DNA of 64,000 nt. Source: a virus. Shown here one piece after another: positions 59,471 to 64,000 of this stretch. Every line of letters starts with the position of its first letter. The first letter of the stretch is position 1. Where the stretch lies: positions 9,097 through 73,096 of the IMG/VR virus record IMGVR_UViG_3300009149_000023, one strand, 5' to 3'. The notes beneath the pieces were generated by a model, which did not search any database, was not told where the DNA came from, and was given only the letters and a program-made list of their open reading frames with translations. Made by a program: the position numbers and the translations under genes.

Positions 59471-60757
59471 ATGAATAACCATAGTTTTATTTTAAAGTTA
59501 GCAAAGTTAAATTTGCCTGGTGTTAAAATTAGAAGAGTCCCTGGAATAGCTCAAATTACTATAAAAGGCATAGGAAGTTTGTATGCTGTAAGTTATTTCT
59601 TTGATAATGGTAAAGGTTTTACAAAAGTTAGGTTTACTTCTAAAAGTAAAGATTTCAGCAAAGCCTACGGTTATGATTTATTTAATGCAGGCCTTCAATT
59701 AGAAATGGGTGTTACTTTTAAAGAAGACTTGCCTGCAGCAGAATTAGAGAAGCTGGTTACTCATTTATTCAAAACTATATACGTTAAAAGTAAAAAAACA
59801 CATGCTGCTACTGAAGCTATAACTGAAGGCAAACATGATATGCCTGAGAATACTCCTACCTGGCTCAAAGTTTTAATGGGTGTAGGTGGAATCATTGCCG
59901 GAATTTTCGGACTGCTTGAAATCTTTAAGCATGCTTTTACAAAAGTTAGGAATTGGCAGCAAGAACGCGAAGCTGCTTCATCTCTTGAACAACGCATAAA
60001 TGATTCTTTGTTTTCAGACCAGACAGGCAATGAGCCTGCATTTGCTATTTATAATAAACTGGTCACTTATCTTAAGCATATAGTTAGTAAACAAGCAAGA
60101 GCTTTGATTATCTGCGGTCCTCCCGGAATGTCTAAAACTTATATGGTTAGACGAACATTTCATTTCGCAAAGCTTAATCCTGGAGATGATTATGTAATGC
60201 TTAAAGGGTCTACGTTAGGACTATCACATTTTTATAGTTTATTATACAAATACCGTAAAAGCATTATAGTCTTAGATGATTTTGATACACCATTAAAAGA
60301 TGAAGCTATGGTTAATTTATTAAAAGCTGTCACTGATTCTTATCCTATCCGGGTAGTATCCCTTCCTAAGGAAGATGTGATTGTATCTGGAGAAAAAGGA
60401 ACTATAGAAAGAGCTGCTCCTGACAAGTTTGAGTTTAAAGGTCAAATTGTTTTAATAACTAATCTAAAAAAGAACGAGATAGATACAGCATTATTAAGCA
60501 GAGCACCTGCGGTTGAGGTTTATTTCAATACACGAGAAACAATGGATGCGCTTAAAACTTTAATGCAGTATGTAGCTCCTAGTATCTCTGATGACATAAA
60601 ACAAGAAGTCTACGATTACTTAGTTAGTTTATATGCAAAAGATAAAACAATAGATGTAAACTTTAGAGCATTTCAATCTTGTGTTGAAGCTCGATTTTGC
60701 ATACCAGAAGAGTGGAAAGCTATGGTACATATTATCGTCGGTTACAAAGGAAAATAA
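59471..60757 (+). CDS. AAA+-type ATPase with internal TM segment
   Basis: GPPGMSKT (Walker A), IIVLDDFD (Walker B), LITN, ALLSR; hydrophobic VLMGVGGIIAGIFGLL. Confidence 0.8.
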   Translation: MNNHSFILKLAKLNLPGVKIRRVPGIAQITIKGIGSLYAVSYFFDNGKGFTKVRFTSKSKDFSKAYGYDLFNAGLQLEMGVTFKEDLPAAELEKLVTHLFKTIYVKSKKTHAATEAITEGKHDMPENTPTWLKVLMGVGGIIAGIFGLLEIFKHAFTKVRNWQQEREAASSLEQRINDSLFSDQTGNEPAFAIYNKLVTYLKHIVSKQARALIICGPPGMSKTYMVRRTFHFAKLNPGDDYVMLKGSTLGLSHFYSLLYKYRKSIIVLDDFDTPLKDEAMVNLLKAVTDSYPIRVVSLPKEDVIVSGEKGTIERAAPDKFEFKGQIVLITNLKKNEIDTALLSRAPAVEVYFNTRETMDALKTLMQYVAPSISDDIKQEVYDYLVSLYAKDKTIDVNFRAFQSCVEARFCIPEEWKAMVHIIVGYKGK

Positions 60758-60770
60758 TCAGGAGGAATAC

Positions 60771-61433
60771 ATGCCTACTATTTTAGAAGATGGAAGAAAG
60801 ATTTGGAAAGGAAGAATTAAAGACGAAACTCTAAGGAAGAGTTTTGCTGATAAATTACAGAAACCTAATCCGGAGTTAGGGCTAAGAGGTGCTGTAAGAA
60901 TAAATCATATCAGAAAGAATGCTGACGGTTCTGAAGAGATTGTTGAAACTTTTGAGAAGAGCAACCTTGTCGTGCATAATGGCAGACTTTGGGGATTCCA
61001 CAAAATTTTTGATTATCCAGCATCAACAATTGCTAATTATAAGCCCTACTGGTGGTCCTGTGGTGAGGGAGGGGCAACTACGGACAACCCTATGAATCCA
61101 TTATATCCATTGGATCACGATGTAGCTTTATACAGTCCAGTTGTCTTAGATCCAACCAATGTGACTTTTGCGGATAATGGGTATAAAGCACCTTTAGCTC
61201 CAGGAACAAACTTTATTACGGAGAATATAATCGCAATCATATATTCAGTGTACATAGATTTCAATCAAGCTACTGGAGCCGGCACAACTAATCTAAATGA
61301 ACTCGGTCTTTGGTTAGCACCAACTCAAGATCCTACTGAAACAACATTTATGTTACTGTCACATGTTTGTATGGCCACTAGGCCTAAGACAACCGCTGAC
61401 GCATATGAGTTTGAGTGGTGGCTATATATGTAG
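60771..61433 (+). CDS. Baseplate / tail-fibre attachment-type structural protein
   Basis: NLVV..GR, G.GGA....P..P...D..L, NELGL, ..KT......FEW. Start reassigned behind AGGAGG. Confidence 0.5.
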   Translation: MPTILEDGRKIWKGRIKDETLRKSFADKLQKPNPELGLRGAVRINHIRKNADGSEEIVETFEKSNLVVHNGRLWGFHKIFDYPASTIANYKPYWWSCGEGGATTDNPMNPLYPLDHDVALYSPVVLDPTNVTFADNGYKAPLAPGTNFITENIIAIIYSVYIDFNQATGAGTTNLNELGLWLAPTQDPTETTFMLLSHVCMATRPKTTADAYEFEWWLYM

Positions 61434-61441
61434 TTTCTGGG

Positions 61442-61476
61442 ATCCAGGACATAACAAATACATCTGGAAATCTTAA
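61442..61476 (+). repeat. 35-bp direct repeat, copy 1 (promoter-like)
   Basis: ATCCAGGACATAACAAATACATCTGGAAATCTTAA, identical at 62700..62734. Confidence 0.95.
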
Positions 61477-61496
61477 GTAAGGAGAATAAGAAAACA

Positions 61497-62696
61497 ATGG
61501 ATATAAATGGTAAAGATATTGTTTGGAGAACGGCAGGTAAATATTGGGGCTTTTCTACAATATTAACTAGTCCTACTGAGAAAGCGTTTACACTAACAAA
61601 TGCTATATCAAAAAAAGCACAAGAAGGGACAGCACGTAAAAAATTGTCTAAAACTTATTATGGATATGACTCGTCGGTAAAGCGAATATTTATAGGGTGT
61701 CAGTACTATGATGGACACGCTGATGATGCTAAGCGGCCGATACCTCAACTGATACTATGGTATCTTCCTAAAAAAGCCACGATAGCTGATATTGAAAATA
61801 TTCCTAAAAATTGGGCTGAACAGCTTTTTGATAAATTATTGAAGCCTGGTTATATAGCTATCTATGATATGTCGGATGATAATATCAAAACAGATGCAGA
61901 CATTGCAAACCCTATGATGGCAGTCATCAAAAAAGTAAACCCCTCAGGCACTATAACTATTAAACAGCAAGCTCCGCTTATTCACAAAACAGCAGAGGAG
62001 CTGGAGGTTGCTCCTCTGGCTAAAGGCGAACAAAATCAAAAGGAAGAGTCAGAAATTCCAGAAGGTCAAAAAAATACAATCTTGAGCAACGTTAAGAAAA
62101 CGATTGAGTCCGGTGACCCAAACAGCGCTGTAGAGCTTCTAGGAAAAGAGTTTCCTGATTTAGATAAGGACATGTTGGAGAAAGCAAAAAGCGACCCTTC
62201 TCTTCTTGCAGATTTGCTTAAAAAAGTTGAAGGGGAGGCTTCAAAAGATTCTAAGTTTAAAGAAATATTTGATAAGGTAAAAACAAAACTAAGAGATTTT
62301 GTAAAAAAGATTATGGAACCAATTAAGAAGTTTTACAAGGATAACAAAAAAGCAATAATGATAGGGGTTACTATCTTCATTGGAATTGCTCTATTTATCT
62401 TTTTAAGAAAGAAAGCTAAAAAAGAAACAAATGTTGAAGCAGTCATAGAGTCATTAACTAAATTAACAGAACAAACTACATTGCAGGAAGCTACATTAAA
62501 AGATGTTAGCGTAGGTGTTGCTTCTACAGTGATTGTAGTGTCCGTTATCGCCATGGCTAAAAATTTAAAAGATTCCACTGGTAAGGCAGCTAAGAATGCT
62601 ATGATGTTTTTTATGGGTGGAATACTAACGCTCATCGCTGCCTTTGCAGGACCGTCTGTTTTGAACTTTTTCAGAACTAAAGTATTTCAGAGTTAA
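61497..62696 (+). CDS. Membrane protein with three C-terminal TM segments
   Basis: AAGGAG SD; TM-LRKK-...LTE-TM-TM architecture. Confidence 0.7.
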   Translation: MDINGKDIVWRTAGKYWGFSTILTSPTEKAFTLTNAISKKAQEGTARKKLSKTYYGYDSSVKRIFIGCQYYDGHADDAKRPIPQLILWYLPKKATIADIENIPKNWAEQLFDKLLKPGYIAIYDMSDDNIKTDADIANPMMAVIKKVNPSGTITIKQQAPLIHKTAEELEVAPLAKGEQNQKEESEIPEGQKNTILSNVKKTIESGDPNSAVELLGKEFPDLDKDMLEKAKSDPSLLADLLKKVEGEASKDSKFKEIFDKVKTKLRDFVKKIMEPIKKFYKDNKKAIMIGVTIFIGIALFIFLRKKAKKETNVEAVIESLTKLTEQTTLQEATLKDVSVGVASTVIVVSVIAMAKNLKDSTGKAAKNAMMFFMGGILTLIAAFAGPSVLNFFRTKVFQS

Positions 62697-62699
62697 AAA

Positions 62700-62734
62700 A
62701 TCCAGGACATAACAAATACATCTGGAAATCTTAA
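62700..62734 (+). repeat. 35-bp direct repeat, copy 2
   Basis: Identical to 61442..61476. Confidence 0.95.
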
Positions 62735-62762
62735 TTGACATAATTTGAAAATCATTAATTTT

Positions 62763-62803
62763 AAAAGCTGTTTGTGCTCGTACATACAAATAGCTTTTTA
62801 TTT
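62763..62803 (+). terminator. Terminator-like hairpin
   Basis: AAAAGCTGTTTGT...ACAAATAGCTTTT followed by a T-rich tail. Confidence 0.6.
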
Positions 62804-62877
62804 ACTGTATGTAACAATCGTAAAAATAGGTTGAAAGTATTAACTATTGACATAATATAACTTAGAGGAGACCCACT

Positions 62878-63978
62878 ATGCAGTTCGTTGATTCATTATT
62901 AGGCTTGTTAAAAGTTGATCGTAAGACAGCAGAGACTTTTAAGACTGCTACGGAAGGGGCGGCTAAAGGTGGAAATCCTGCAGAAGCTTTAAAAGATATA
63001 GAAGGTGTTGTTCCTGGAGAGAATGCAGAAGATACTGTAGAAAAAACTGCTAACTCTTCTAAAGTAAAAGAAGCTATACAAGGGCTAAGAAACAAAATCA
63101 TGAAGGACAAGTCCTTAAAAGAATTATGGGATACTGCTAAAGCTAACATGAGTAAGTGGTATGCTAAAATTCTAGCTTTCCTAAAGAAACACCTTTCTCC
63201 TACTATTGTAAAGATTGCAGTTGCAGTACTTCTTTTAGGAACTGTACTTTGTTTGTATGCCTTGAAAAAGAAAAAGGGTGAAAAAGAAACTACTGAATCT
63301 ATTTGTAATGAGATGGCTGCGTTCACAGAAGCTTCACAAGAAGAAATGGAAATGGAAAAGAAGCTACTTCCTTGGGCTATCTTAAGCATGCTAATTGGTG
63401 TAGTTGCTTTCTTTATGAGTCACCCTATTGTTGGTATATTTGCTATTGCTTTTGGAATAGCTATACTTTGGGTTGGTCCTAAAGTCGCAATAAAAGCTAT
63501 TAAGTATGTGAAAGGTGGCAAGGGTGCAGAAAAAGCAGCGGCTGAGGCTAAGCCCGATTACAGAGAGTTTACTGAAGAAGATATTCGTCATTATGATAAT
63601 GAGTTTAAAAAATTCTATAAACAGTCAATAGGTCAGCATATAGACTTAGACTATGAGTCTGAACTTAGCATACCTGAAGACATTGGACAAAAGTTGAAAG
63701 CGAAATTTCCTTGGAGCGGAAAAATATATGAACCTGAAGAAATCCCTATTAAGTCTGTAGGCAGAAAAAAATGGTTCGAAAAGAAAATCCGCGAACATGG
63801 CTACAAACCATATCATGATGACCCGAATATGCTTTGTGCCCAGCTCATGGATATTCTGAACACAAAAGCGCACAGGGCCGCACTCGAAATTCTTAAACCT
63901 TATACAGCAAAGGACAAGATGAAAAGATGGAAAGAATTGTATGATAATGAGCCTTACAGGACATATGAGAAACTATAA
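62878..63978 (+). CDS. Three-TM membrane protein, paralogous architecture to 58355 and 61497
   Basis: GAGGAG SD; TM-YALKKKK-ETTES...FTE-TM-TM followed by a charged domain. Confidence 0.7.
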   Translation: MQFVDSLLGLLKVDRKTAETFKTATEGAAKGGNPAEALKDIEGVVPGENAEDTVEKTANSSKVKEAIQGLRNKIMKDKSLKELWDTAKANMSKWYAKILAFLKKHLSPTIVKIAVAVLLLGTVLCLYALKKKKGEKETTESICNEMAAFTEASQEEMEMEKKLLPWAILSMLIGVVAFFMSHPIVGIFAIAFGIAILWVGPKVAIKAIKYVKGGKGAEKAAAEAKPDYREFTEEDIRHYDNEFKKFYKQSIGQHIDLDYESELSIPEDIGQKLKAKFPWSGKIYEPEEIPIKSVGRKKWFEKKIREHGYKPYHDDPNMLCAQLMDILNTKAHRAALEILKPYTAKDKMKRWKELYDNEPYRTYEKL

Positions 63979-64000
63979 ATGAACTTCACACAAATAGCAA

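Noticed and set aside
62735-62860. sigma70 promoters from TTGACA/TTGAAA hexamers
   Set aside because: No good -10 element at 16-18 nt spacing in this very AT-rich stretch, so the call cannot be supported.
1-64000. Global stop-codon reassignment (TAG, TGA or TAA)
   Set aside because: Long conserved genes are intact in code 11 and end in all three stops, directly followed by the next SD or start.
1-64000. tRNA, rRNA, integrase, transposase, intein
   Set aside because: Intergenic gaps are short and show no cloverleaf or T-loop signature. No such protein motifs or splice junctions were recognised in RNAP, terminase or portal.

Overview
This is a 64-kb, AT-rich, densely coding segment of a large (jumbo-type) tailed phage. 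It uses the standard code: TAA, TAG and TGA all end genes, and strong GGAGG Shine-Dalgarno sites are common. It carries a T4-like morphogenesis set: portal, prohead protease, acidic scaffold, gp23-like major capsid, large terminase, gp13-like neck, gp5/VgrG-like spike, baseplate and hub candidates, a tape measure and three paralogous His-rich fibres. It also encodes its own two-gene multi-subunit RNA polymerase, with an unsplit beta' (NADFDGD) followed by beta. A non-sigma70 motif, AAACACAACAATT(G/A), recurs in intergenic gaps ahead of structural operons and ahead of the operon containing the RNAP, suggesting a self-contained phage transcription circuit. Two in-frame TAA codons interrupt otherwise continuous reading frames (SpeD-HTH and fibre 2). 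Other oddities are a family of membrane proteins with TM-Lys-xTE linkers and different C-terminal domains (HPA-variant J-domain, AAA+), a 35-bp repeat bracketing one of those genes, and an array of small fast-evolving genes. No tRNA, rRNA, CRISPR array or mobile element was recognised. All protein calls come from motif recognition by eye; no searches were run.
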